DNA from: Trichormus sp. ATA11-4-KO1
GTDB taxonomy: Bacteria > Cyanobacteriota > Cyanobacteriia > Cyanobacteriales > Nostocaceae
Reading direction: 5' to 3'
Assembly (NCBI GenBank): GCA_019358915.1
Contig: JAHHIM010000048.1
Coordinates: 1-27,573 of the forward strand
DNA: 27,573 bases
Positions 1 through 7,256 of the stretch are shown here, in pieces. Position numbers and translations under genes: made by a program. The notes beneath the pieces are model-generated. The model saw only the letters and a program-made list of their open reading frames with translations, had not been told where the DNA came from and ran no database searches. Numbering within the stretch: position 1 is the first letter of the stretch; each line of letters begins with the position of its first letter.

Positions 1-2
1 AG

Positions 3-875
3 CGGGCTGTGTTGTTTGCCCAGTATTACCGCAGTTCATTTAATGTCCTGCAAGAAACCACCACCCAAAGCGATGATATTAGCTCCATACTGCTAAAAAT
101 CTGGGATAAAGCCGTTAAATATCAAGATGGTATCAGTGCCAGAGATGCGTATAGAAGTATTAAAGCCATCCAAACCCGTGCTAAACAAGCTGTACGAGAT
201 GTCTGCGCTTACACCACTGAATTATTTGGCAGGCTGGAGCAGATGGGCAAAGGTCAGGTTGTTAAGTTTGGTAAGCAAATTAAATTTGTGGCCAGTTTAG
301 TGCCAAATAATCCACCTCCTATACCAGAAGCAGGGGAGCAGGGGAGCAGGGAGCAGGGGAGCAGGGGAGCAGGGGAGAAACCTTACAATGTGTCTTCCCC
401 TCTGCCCCTCTGCCCCTCTGCCCAGAGGGGTGACAGTATGACAATTCACCAAAACCAGGAAATACAAGCAATTGAGCCGTCACCACCTATTGAAGTGTCA
501 CCGGTGACAAATCCAAATAATAGTAATTGTCTCAGTAATGATGATGTAGTGGTTGAAACAACACAGCCAATTAATTCAATGGCTGTCAGCCAAGAGGATG
601 ATTTACCAGCAGTAGAACCTGAGCAGGGCGCGAGTGTTGTAGAGCCAAGTAAATCTGAACAATCTCAACCCACACCACAAATTACCCTTGGTGCAAAGGT
701 GCGGGTCTGCTTCCCCGGTAGTCAGAGGCATGAAAAAGAGGGCATTGTCACGAAATTGCTGAATGAACGCGGGTTTAAAAAGGCTGTTGTGCTTTTAGAA
801 AACATTGACTCTAAATTGAGACATTTCTTATGCCCAATCCCTGGAAGTGAACTCATGCACTTGGAATTGATTTGA
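3..875 (+). CDS. 3' part of a probable plasmid primase/replication-associated protein (DUF3987-like C-terminus, wHTH-like segment, low-complexity linker, KOW/SH3-like tail); 5' end is outside the window
   Basis: The frame is open from the window edge. Helical segment AQYYRSSFNVLQ is followed by wHTH-like DGISARDAYR...LFGRLEQMGKG, a P/S/E-rich linker, and a KOW-like tail ITLGAKVRV...KEGIVTK. Family call is from recalled resemblance. Confidence 0.45.
   Translation, partial: RAVLFAQYYRSSFNVLQETTTQSDDISSILLKIWDKAVKYQDGISARDAYRSIKAIQTRAKQAVRDVCAYTTELFGRLEQMGKGQVVKFGKQIKFVASLVPNNPPPIPEAGEQGSREQGSRGAGEKPYNVSSPLPLCPSAQRGDSMTIHQNQEIQAIEPSPPIEVSPVTNPNNSNCLSNDDVVVETTQPINSMAVSQEDDLPAVEPEQGASVVEPSKSEQSQPTPQITLGAKVRVCFPGSQRHEKEGIVTKLLNERGFKKAVVLLENIDSKLRHFLCPIPGSELMHLELI
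328..423. repeat. Octamer short tandem repeat element: (AGCAGGGG)n ... (CCCCTCTG)n, in frame within the first CDS
   Basis: About 6 copies of agcagggg at 329-376 and 3-4 copies of cccctctg at 397-423, in roughly inverted arrangement. Translates as EAGEQGSREQGSRGAGEKPYNVSSPLPLCPSAQ. Confidence 0.85.
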
Positions 876-911
876 CCACAAATCTAAAAATCCCTAATTG
901 GAGCCTATATT

Positions 912-1769
912 ATGCTTCAGGAAATGGTTTCAGTAGAAATTGCGGATCAACTGACTGAAATTGACGAGTTGACCCCCGAAGAAGAACATCAGCGCCTATA
1001 CTTAGAGCGCCGGGTGGAAAGGGCTTTCTATGAAGCGGGGAAGGCATTGATGGAACTGCGCGATCACCGACTTTATCGCTCAACTCACAAAACCTTTGAA
1101 GAATATTGCCGCGATCGCTTTGGCCATAGTCGGCAGAAATCAAACTATTTAATTGCGGCGGCTGATGTTTTCGATAATTTGACAACAAATTGTTGTCAAA
1201 ATTTGTCGCAGGGAGATTTGACAACAAATGGGACACAAATCCTGCCTACCAGTGAAGGACAAGTTAGACCTTTAACAAAGCTAGAACCATCACAACAGCA
1301 GGAGGTATGGCAAACCGCAGTAGAGGAAGCTGGTGGAAAAGTGCCCAGTGGTAGGGTTGTTAAAGATGTGGTACAACGCATCATGGAACGAACCAAAGTT
1401 CCTAATACCTATCAGATTGGTGAAGTGTGTCAAATTATTACTAAGGATAACCCTGATTTACGGGGTAAGGGAGGGTGTTGGGCGATTGTCAGTCAGGTAA
1501 ACGAATTTAGTTGCACTGTGAAAATTTGGGATGGAGAATATACCGTGAGAATTGACCATTTAAAGCCGATGAATTATTTGAATGAGGAGTGTGAGCAAAT
1601 GCAATTAATCAGCGATCGCATTAGCAGGCTACGTAATCATGAGAACTTGGAAGAGGCTGCTAATGCTGTCCTCAAACACCTGGGGGAACTGAAGCGCCCT
1701 TATCTGACTAGGCTGGAAGAAAAAATGTTGAGTTTGCTTGAGCTTGAATGCAATACTACATCTTCATAG
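912..1769 (+). CDS. Conserved cyanobacterial plasmid hypothetical protein (DUF3102-like N-terminus, probably DNA-binding)
   Basis: 285-aa ORF with GGAG upstream. Motifs AFYEAGKALMELRDHRLYRSTHKTFEEYCRDRF and ILPTSEGQVRPL, plus a KOW-like GEVCQI...WAIVSQV. Confidence 0.7.
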   Translation: MLQEMVSVEIADQLTEIDELTPEEEHQRLYLERRVERAFYEAGKALMELRDHRLYRSTHKTFEEYCRDRFGHSRQKSNYLIAAADVFDNLTTNCCQNLSQGDLTTNGTQILPTSEGQVRPLTKLEPSQQQEVWQTAVEEAGGKVPSGRVVKDVVQRIMERTKVPNTYQIGEVCQIITKDNPDLRGKGGCWAIVSQVNEFSCTVKIWDGEYTVRIDHLKPMNYLNEECEQMQLISDRISRLRNHENLEEAANAVLKHLGELKRPYLTRLEEKMLSLLELECNTTSS

Positions 1770-1913
1770 CGATGGTGCAAAGCGCCCGCCGGAGGCGATC
1801 GCTCTATTACTAGTGATCCAAGGCTTATAATTCTCTCCACTACCTTGACCGCGACCTTCTTTGATGTAGCGTTCAAACTTGGCCTCAGTCCACTCCTGCC
1901 TACCTCTCGCCAT
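1764..1913 (-). pseudogene. tnsA: 5' fragment of Tn7-like TnsA endonuclease
   Basis: Manual translation from ATG 1913: MARGRQEWTEAKFERYIKEGRGQGSGENYKPWITSNR. The IKEGRGQG-x-G-xx-YKPW signature is the TnsA N-terminus. The frame runs into HIP1 1795-1802 and stops at 1764-1766 (49 aa). Confidence 0.85.
1769..1802. repeat. HIP1-associated small dispersed repeat (family A)
   Basis: Reverse complement GCGATCGCCTCCGGCGGGCGCTTTGCACCATCGC is nearly identical to 5673-5706 GCGATCGCCTCCGGCGGGCGCTCCGCCCCATCGC. Confidence 0.8.
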
Positions 1914-2004
1914 AAAGCTTACCTTTCTGGATCTGCTCAGACCATGTACATCCAGAAATTGTAGAACTTTATTATTTATTGTTGAACTTTATTATTTCTC
2001 TACA
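1914..2004 (-). mobile_element. Tn7-like transposon right end with TnsB-binding repeats
   Basis: Minus strand from 2004 reads TGTAGAGAAATAATAAAGTTCAACAATAAATAATAAAGTTCTACAA: terminal TGT plus two 19-bp direct repeats (1959-1977, 1979-1997; 1 mismatch; 20-bp period) containing AATAAAGT, directly upstream of tnsA as in Tn7. Confidence 0.8.
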
Positions 2005-2040
2005 TAAGCGATCGCAGTAATCCCAGTGGTGAGAAAATTA

Positions 2041-2066
2041 CTTACTAGAACGACACTTCTGATAAG
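2041..2066. other. Candidate tyrosine-recombinase core site (10-bp imperfect inverted arms, 6-bp spacer)
   Basis: CTTACTAGAA-cgacac-TTCTGATAAG; arms are 8/10 complementary; ends 3 bp before the recombinase ATG. Confidence 0.45.
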
Positions 2067-2069
2067 CAA

Positions 2070-3029
2070 ATGCGCCGCCAGACAGTTAAATCACTGGTCT
2101 TAACTATTCCCCCACCACTGACTCTACACCCGGCGGCGGTGTATCTGTCTGGGCTGTCCTCCGGTTCCAAATCGACAATGGCGGGGGCGCTCAATGCGAT
2201 CGCTTCTCTTCTCACCAATGGCGAGTGCGATGCCATGACTTTGGATTGGTCGGCCTTGCGTTACCAGCACACGGCGGCGGCTCGTACTGCCTTGATGCAG
2301 CGATACGCCCCGGCGACAGCTAATAAAATGCTCTGTGCTTTGCGACGGGTATTAAAAGAAGCGCATAGACTGGAATTGATGGATGCAAGTGATTTTGCTA
2401 AAGCTGTGGATTTCCCATCAGTGAAAGTGAGAAAAAAACTCAGAGGTAGGGCACTATCCCCTGCGGAAATTACAGCACTGATGCAAGCGTGTACTGAAGA
2501 TACCACCCCACAAGGGGCGAGAGATGCAGCCCTAATTGCCATACTGCGCGGTGCTGGACTACGGCGGGCGGAGGCAGTTAACTTAGATTTGAAGGACTTT
2601 CTTGCCGATACCAATTGTCTGGAAGTGCGTGGTGGCAAGGGTGGGAAAGACCGCACAGTGTATCTGCCCACTGTGGCAACTGCTGTGGTGTTAGATTGGC
2701 TTGCTGTTAGAGGACGCAAACCAGGCCCGTTGCTGTGTCCGATTCGCAAGGGAGGAGAGGTACAACTGCGACGCATGACCCCACAAGCAGTACTGCTAAT
2801 TTTAAGGAAACGGGCTACTCTTGCCGGCGTAGACCCATTCTCTCCCCATGACTTCCGTCGCACATTCTGCTCAGATTTGCTAGATTCTGGGACTGATATT
2901 GTCACTGTGCAGAAGTTGGCTGGACACGCCACACCTGCGACAACTTCCAAGTATGACCGTCGCGGTGAAGAAACTAAACGTCAAGCTGTGGAGAAGTTGG
3001 ATATTTCTTATACTCCCCGCCAGAGTTAA
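2070..3029 (+). CDS. Tyrosine recombinase / site-specific integrase with N-terminal core-binding domain (resolvase-like)
   Basis: Full catalytic set: GLRRAE (R), GKGGKDR (K), HDFRR, LAGHA, TTSKYDRR (Y). Confidence 0.93.
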   Translation: MRRQTVKSLVLTIPPPLTLHPAAVYLSGLSSGSKSTMAGALNAIASLLTNGECDAMTLDWSALRYQHTAAARTALMQRYAPATANKMLCALRRVLKEAHRLELMDASDFAKAVDFPSVKVRKKLRGRALSPAEITALMQACTEDTTPQGARDAALIAILRGAGLRRAEAVNLDLKDFLADTNCLEVRGGKGGKDRTVYLPTVATAVVLDWLAVRGRKPGPLLCPIRKGGEVQLRRMTPQAVLLILRKRATLAGVDPFSPHDFRRTFCSDLLDSGTDIVTVQKLAGHATPATTSKYDRRGEETKRQAVEKLDISYTPRQS

Positions 3030-3120
3030 TACGCAACATCAAATCAACGTCAACGACAAGTTTTCTTACTTTATATATTAGATGCTCCCTTAGTTTCGGG
3101 CTGTAGGACGTAATAGTTTA

Positions 3121-3771
3121 TTAAACCGATTTATCTATTGGAGATAGTTCTGCCAAGGAAGACACTGCCCCTAGTACTTGAACCGGATGAACCTCTAAAT
3201 ATGTGTGAAGCCCAGCCAAGTTGCAGTGTCCCGATACCTCTGCGATCACTCGTAACGAAATTTGACTATTATTCATCTGCGTGAGCGCGGTACGTCGGAA
3301 GCTATGAGTGCTTACTCCTTCTATGCTTACACTAGCACAAGCTTCCCTAAGTATTTTTGCTGCTGAATCCGAGGTAATATGTCCGCGTCCGTGTCTTCCA
3401 GGGAACAAATACAATTCCCCCGCTTCCGGCTGGTAGTCACTCAACAAACTTTGTAAATCTTCAATTATGGGAATGCTGCGAGTGGCAAGTTTTCCCTTCG
3501 TGTTGTCCTTGCGGATCGTCAAGTGCGATCGCACCCTCCCATCCTTATCATATATATCAGCAGTGAGCAGCGTTACAACTTCGTTAATCCTAGCCGCAGT
3601 AAACAAGGCAGTAGCAAAGATGGTGCGATTGCCTCCGGCACTGCGCTCCGCGCAATCGCGGGTGGTTTTCAATCCTTCGCTAAAGAGTAGCTGTATTTCC
3701 TCGTGAGAGAGAACTTTCGCTTTCCCGTGGCGGTAAGCGTTAGCCATGCCGTCAGGCTTATCGCGCTTCAT
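3121..3771 (-). CDS. Short tyrosine recombinase (catalytic domain only) carrying two in-frame 9-aa insertions
   Basis: TAARINEV (R), NTKGK (K), STHSFRRT, VSGHC, HTYL (Y). No N-terminal core-binding domain. Confidence 0.88.
   Translation of the reverse strand: MKRDKPDGMANAYRHGKAKVLSHEEIQLLFSEGLKTTRDCAERSAGGNRTIFATALFTAARINEVVTLLTADIYDKDGRVRSHLTIRKDNTKGKLATRSIPIIEDLQSLLSDYQPEAGELYLFPGRHGRGHITSDSAAKILREACASVSIEGVSTHSFRRTALTQMNNSQISLRVIAEVSGHCNLAGLHTYLEVHPVQVLGAVSSLAELSPIDKSV
3625..3659. repeat. 27-nt small dispersed repeat inserted in a HIP1 site, in frame
   Basis: GCGATTGCCTCCGGCACTGCGCTCCGCGCAATCGC is 35 nt = 8-nt HIP1 + 27. It converts RDR into RD-CAERSAGGN-R. Confidence 0.8.
3730..3764. 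repeat. 27-nt small dispersed repeat inserted in a HIP1-like site, in frame (family B)
   Basis: Reverse complement GCGATAAGCCTGACGGCATGGCTAACGCTTACCGC converts RDR into RD-KPDGMANAY-R. Near-copy at 27227-27260. Confidence 0.8.
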
Positions 3772-3881
3772 CTTCCAGCACCTGATTTTTCATTTTTCAG
3801 TTTAAGCAGTCCTGCCCGAATTTACAATTCTCTTCTAGAGGTAAAATGCCAATACAGAAATACTATTTATTAGACGACAAT

Positions 3882-4055
3882 ATGACTGAGCGCGGCAGCA
3901 CCTACAACTACAACGGCAAGCCATCAGGAGCAAGCAAAGAATCGCGGGACTTAGCGGAAAAATTTGCTACGGCTATTGCTGAATTCAATTGGCAGATTGA
4001 TTATCTTAAATTTTGTCAACTTTTGGAGTTAGAACCTGGCGATTATGATGATTGA
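3882..4055 (+). pseudogene. Small hypothetical gene, probably 3'-truncated
   Basis: MTERGSTYNYNGKP...FNWQIDYLKFCQLLELEPGDYDD* looks coding but ends abruptly just before a repeat-rich junction. Confidence 0.4.
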
Positions 4056-4100
4056 TGCGGGGTCAGGCAAGGGGTAAACTTTAGCGTTCTCTGTCATGAG

Positions 4101-4268
4101 TCAAAACAATTCAAAATTCGCTCATTATCAATTCAAAATTAAAGAGATTAATGGGGGCAAAACAATTCAAAATTATCAATTCAAAATTCAAAATTATTTC
4201 TTCTTCATTTTGAATTTTGTACAGCCTGGCGGCATCCGGAGGCTCTATTTTGAATTTTGAATTCAAAA
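4101..4268. repeat. (AATTCAA)n heptamer repeat cluster with inverted (TTTTGAA)n arm, MITE-like
   Basis: Multiple AATTCAAAATT units at 4108-4197 and inverted TTTTGAATTTTG units at 4208-4263. 4130-4197 is repeated at 27484-27551. Confidence 0.85.
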
Positions 4269-4274
4269 AAGGTC

Positions 4275-4958
4275 ATGACTAAGCACCTGAATCTATGGCA
4301 GAAACTCAACCAACGACAGCAAGCCACCCTCACCGCCATTTACCGCGCTGACCAGTCGGCGGAGGCAGCACAAAAAGATGCTTGGCACAGAAGTTCAACG
4401 AGAATACCTGCTGCTGTGTGGCGTAATCTGCAATATTATTTTGAACCTACAAGCCATGAAACTTTATTGCACTCTTTGCTGAGAAAGGCTAGCGTGGTTG
4501 ACCCAGGACTAGGTTCAACTTTGCGAGTGCTGGAAGGATACAACTTAATCCAATGTAATTATGACAGCAGTGAACTAATTTCTATCAAGCTCACCACAAC
4601 TGGACGTGCTGTTGTGCGTGCGGGGTTAGGTGAATCAGCATCCAAAAAACCACCCAAAGGACAGTTAAAACCAAGGCAGTGGTCAGCAGTGGTCACTGCC
4701 TATCACGCAAGTACAGGAGGAATAGATTGGGGCGCAAGTTTTGAGGATTACGCTGGATTTAGTTGGCGGTGGACTTGGTTGAGACTGCTAAATTACTACG
4801 GAACAGATAACGGCTTAGTTAAAGAGGTAGGCTACTGGAAAGACGGCAAACACTTAACCAAATTAGTAATTACTCAGGCTGGAATCGAATTTTACCGTCA
4901 GCATTGGGAACATTACCTCGTTCTTTACCCAGATGTGAATGCGCCTATTCCTGAGTAG
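4275..4958 (+). CDS. Hypothetical protein, possibly tandem winged-HTH
   Basis: ATG 4275 (AAGG upstream) is preferred over TTG 4257, which lies in the repeat. Two related halves: LNQRQQATL...IKLTTTGRAVV and LKPRQWSAV...LVITQAGIEFY. Confidence 0.65.
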   Translation: MTKHLNLWQKLNQRQQATLTAIYRADQSAEAAQKDAWHRSSTRIPAAVWRNLQYYFEPTSHETLLHSLLRKASVVDPGLGSTLRVLEGYNLIQCNYDSSELISIKLTTTGRAVVRAGLGESASKKPPKGQLKPRQWSAVVTAYHASTGGIDWGASFEDYAGFSWRWTWLRLLNYYGTDNGLVKEVGYWKDGKHLTKLVITQAGIEFYRQHWEHYLVLYPDVNAPIPE

Positions 4959-5003
4959 TTGTCCATTGCTGGTTTTAAGCCAAGTGATACATACACTCAA
5001 TAT

Positions 5004-5573
5004 TTATTTGACTGGGTGGTAAAGTCCATTGTCACTCCTGCGCCACGCCAGCGACCCTGGATCTTTCGACCGACACCACCTTTCAAAATCCTTGCTTGTC
5101 TGGGTACTCTGCTCTCGCTCCAAAGTAGCCAAATCAATACCTAATCTTTTAGCTAAATTTTCTCCGGTGTAAGCTTGCAGTTGTTGCTGTGGTGGGTGGT
5201 AGTTATAAGACTGTCGCCTAGAACTAGGGGTAGAACGCTGGTTCAACAAAGCGATCGCTCCTTCTAGTTGTGCTAACCGGAGAGCGATCGCTTCCATCTT
5301 CTGTTCCAACTTTTCAAATTTTTGTTGTGAGCTATCATCTAAACCCTGAACTTGTGGCGTATCTTGTTGATTGGCTTGTTTTGTCAATTGGGCTTCGATT
5401 TGGTGTAGACGAGTTTCTACATCAGTTTCCATACCATCCACATCGCCCAGGACATAATGTAGTCCTTGAATTACTAAATTAGTGGCGGTGGTGTTGCGTT
5501 CTTTGGCTACGGCTCTAAGTGCTGCTGCTAAAGGCTTGGGCAGTTTGAAGTTGATGGATTCCCGTTCTGCCAT
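5004..5573 (-). CDS. Ribbon-helix-helix (CopG-like) protein with coiled coil and C-terminal HTH-like domain
   Basis: N-terminal ESINFKLPKPLAAALRAVAKERNTTATNLVIQGL is an RHH pattern; central heptad repeats; C-terminal LAKRLGIDLATL. Confidence 0.75.
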   Translation of the reverse strand: MAERESINFKLPKPLAAALRAVAKERNTTATNLVIQGLHYVLGDVDGMETDVETRLHQIEAQLTKQANQQDTPQVQGLDDSSQQKFEKLEQKMEAIALRLAQLEGAIALLNQRSTPSSRRQSYNYHPPQQQLQAYTGENLAKRLGIDLATLEREQSTQTSKDFERWCRSKDPGSLAWRRSDNGLYHPVK

Positions 5574-5602
5574 TCTACACTGTTTATATACGCTGGTGTA
5601 GA
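5574..5602. promoter_or_regulatory. Candidate autoregulatory operator of the RHH gene
   Basis: TCTACAC-N15-GTGTAGA inverted repeat abutting the start codon. A related TGTAGA-N6-TCTACA lies inside the gene at 5404-5421. Confidence 0.4.
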
Positions 5603-5672
5603 TAGTTTAGCGTTTTGTACGGTGATACTCCATCGACAATAGGCGAAAAACCCAAATTTTTAGAGGAAACTT

Positions 5673-5719
5673 GCGATCGCCTCCGGCGGGCGCTCCGCCC
5701 CATCGCTCCGCGTAATCGC
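5673..5719. repeat. HIP1-associated small dispersed repeat (family A) with a short ATCGC-ended extension
   Basis: Near-identical to the reverse complement of 1769-1802, followed by TCCGCGTAATCGC. Confidence 0.75.
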
Positions 5720-5853
5720 CTAGGTGAATTTTGGCAGTATTACCTATCATCATGCAATTACGTCACAATGGTAATAGGCAATCATAGAAGGTGATACGAT
5801 ACTATGTTTCGTCTAACTCAAATTTTTCGGAACTTGTTCCTTCGGCTTGAAGG

Positions 5854-7102
5854 GAATGGCACTAAGAAAAGCTGAAAGCTATGCCCAATAAGGACTACAG
5901 GTTTAATGCCCATTCCCGCAGGAAAGGCACGAGTCAGGGGAGAGCCGATGAGGGATGATGTAGAATTGCTTAAAATTTTTTTGAAGGTAGAAAAAGCTTA
6001 CTCGTTTATGAAATACTTTCTTTAAAACGAGCAAGCACATACGTTAATTACTACTGTGACACTAAGAGTACAGATTCTCAAGAATAAATTTAGTCAAAGT
6101 TTAGGACTACCTTTTCAAGAATTATTACCAGAATCTACAATTAAACAAGCAATTTCTGAGCTAAAAATCAAATACAAAAAGCGTTTATTTGACCCATTAA
6201 TAACGTTGTGGGCATTTTTATCCCAAGTGCTGGACACTGACAAAAGTTGCCATAATGCCGTGAGTAAAATAATTGCACATTTAGCCCAACAAGAGGTAGA
6301 AGTTCCGTCAACAGAATGATGTGCTTATTGCCAAGCTAGGGCAAGACTTCCAGAGAAATTATTAGAAAAGCTTTTCAATTTATCGGCACAAAGCTTAGAA
6401 GAAAAAGTGACCCAAGAAAACTTATGGTGTGGTCGAAATGTCAAAGTAATAGATGGTTCAACTGTCTCTATGCCAGATACTGTAGAAAACCAAAAGGAAT
6501 ACCCTCAACCTAGTAGTCAAAAACCTGGATGTGGATTCCCAATTGCCAAAATAGGGGTGATATTCAGTTTAGTAACAGGAGCCGCAGTTGCTTTGTGCAT
6601 CGATGTTTTGAACACTCATGATATTAAATTAGCCAGAAAACTGTACAGTTCTCTCAAACCTAATGATGTGCTTTTAGGTGATAGAGCTTTTTGTGCTTAC
6701 GCCGATATATTTTCTATTACAAAACTCGGCTGTGATGCGGTATTTCGCAAACATCAATCTCGCACAACCACTATGCGAAAAGGTAAAATTATTGGTGATT
6801 GTGACAAGCTTGTTACTTGGTATAAGCCAAAAAGATGTTCCCAAGGGTTAAGCAAGGATGAATTTGATGCTTTACCTGCTTCTATAACTGTACGAGAAAT
6901 TTACTATTATTTAGACTTTACCACACTTTGCTGAAAATTATCGTTCACAAAACTGTTCCTGAACGTCCCGCACGTAATGAAACACGAGCCACTAAACGCC
7001 GCCCCAAAGCTTACCCTAGATTGACCCAGCCCCGGCATGAATTACGTCAACAATTACAAACTGCTTAATTGATAAGCGTTTCCGCTTTTCTTAGTGCCAT
7101 TC
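5854..7102 (+). mobile_element. IS4-family insertion sequence, defective (1249 bp)
   Basis: Perfect 19-bp terminal inverted repeats GAATGGCACTAAGAAAAGC (5854-5872) and GCTTTTCTTAGTGCCATTC (7084-7102) enclosing a DDE transposase. No clear target-site duplication. Confidence 0.9.
6056..7068 (+). pseudogene. IS4-family DDE transposase pseudogene
   Basis: ORFs 6056-6319 and 6407-6934 are in the same frame, split by TGA 6317-6319 (TE*CAYCQARARL). Motifs VIDGST and LGDRAF are present. After REIYYY (~6910) an apparent internal deletion/frameshift jumps to the basic tail KIIVHKTVPERPARNETRATKRRPKAYP...TA* (ends 7068); the third catalytic region is not visible. Confidence 0.88.
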
Positions 7103-7256
7103 GGCTAATGCTCAAACGGCTGGCTGTTGCAGATACCGCCTGAAAAGATATCAAATGAGTTCTATAAAAGCTCAGTTGCCAGAAAGTTGGTAACACCATA
7201 TTCTATCTACTATGTCAATGGTTAAGTACTAACCCTAGTTCTTTCTCCAAGCTCTT

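Noticed and set aside
1914..2004. Complete CAST/Tn7 element in the window
   Set aside because: No tnsB, tnsC, tniQ, cas genes or matching left end were found; only the right end and tnsA stub survive.
2261..2950. 229-aa antisense ORF (and 910-1236, 1196-1396, 2045-2236, 3467-3706)
   Set aside because: They fully overlap well-supported genes on the other strand and have no recognisable motifs; GC-rich shadow ORFs.
4101..4268. Heptamer arrays as CRISPR or iterons
   Set aside because: Irregular 7-bp units typical of Nostocales short tandem repeats, with no repeat-spacer periodicity.
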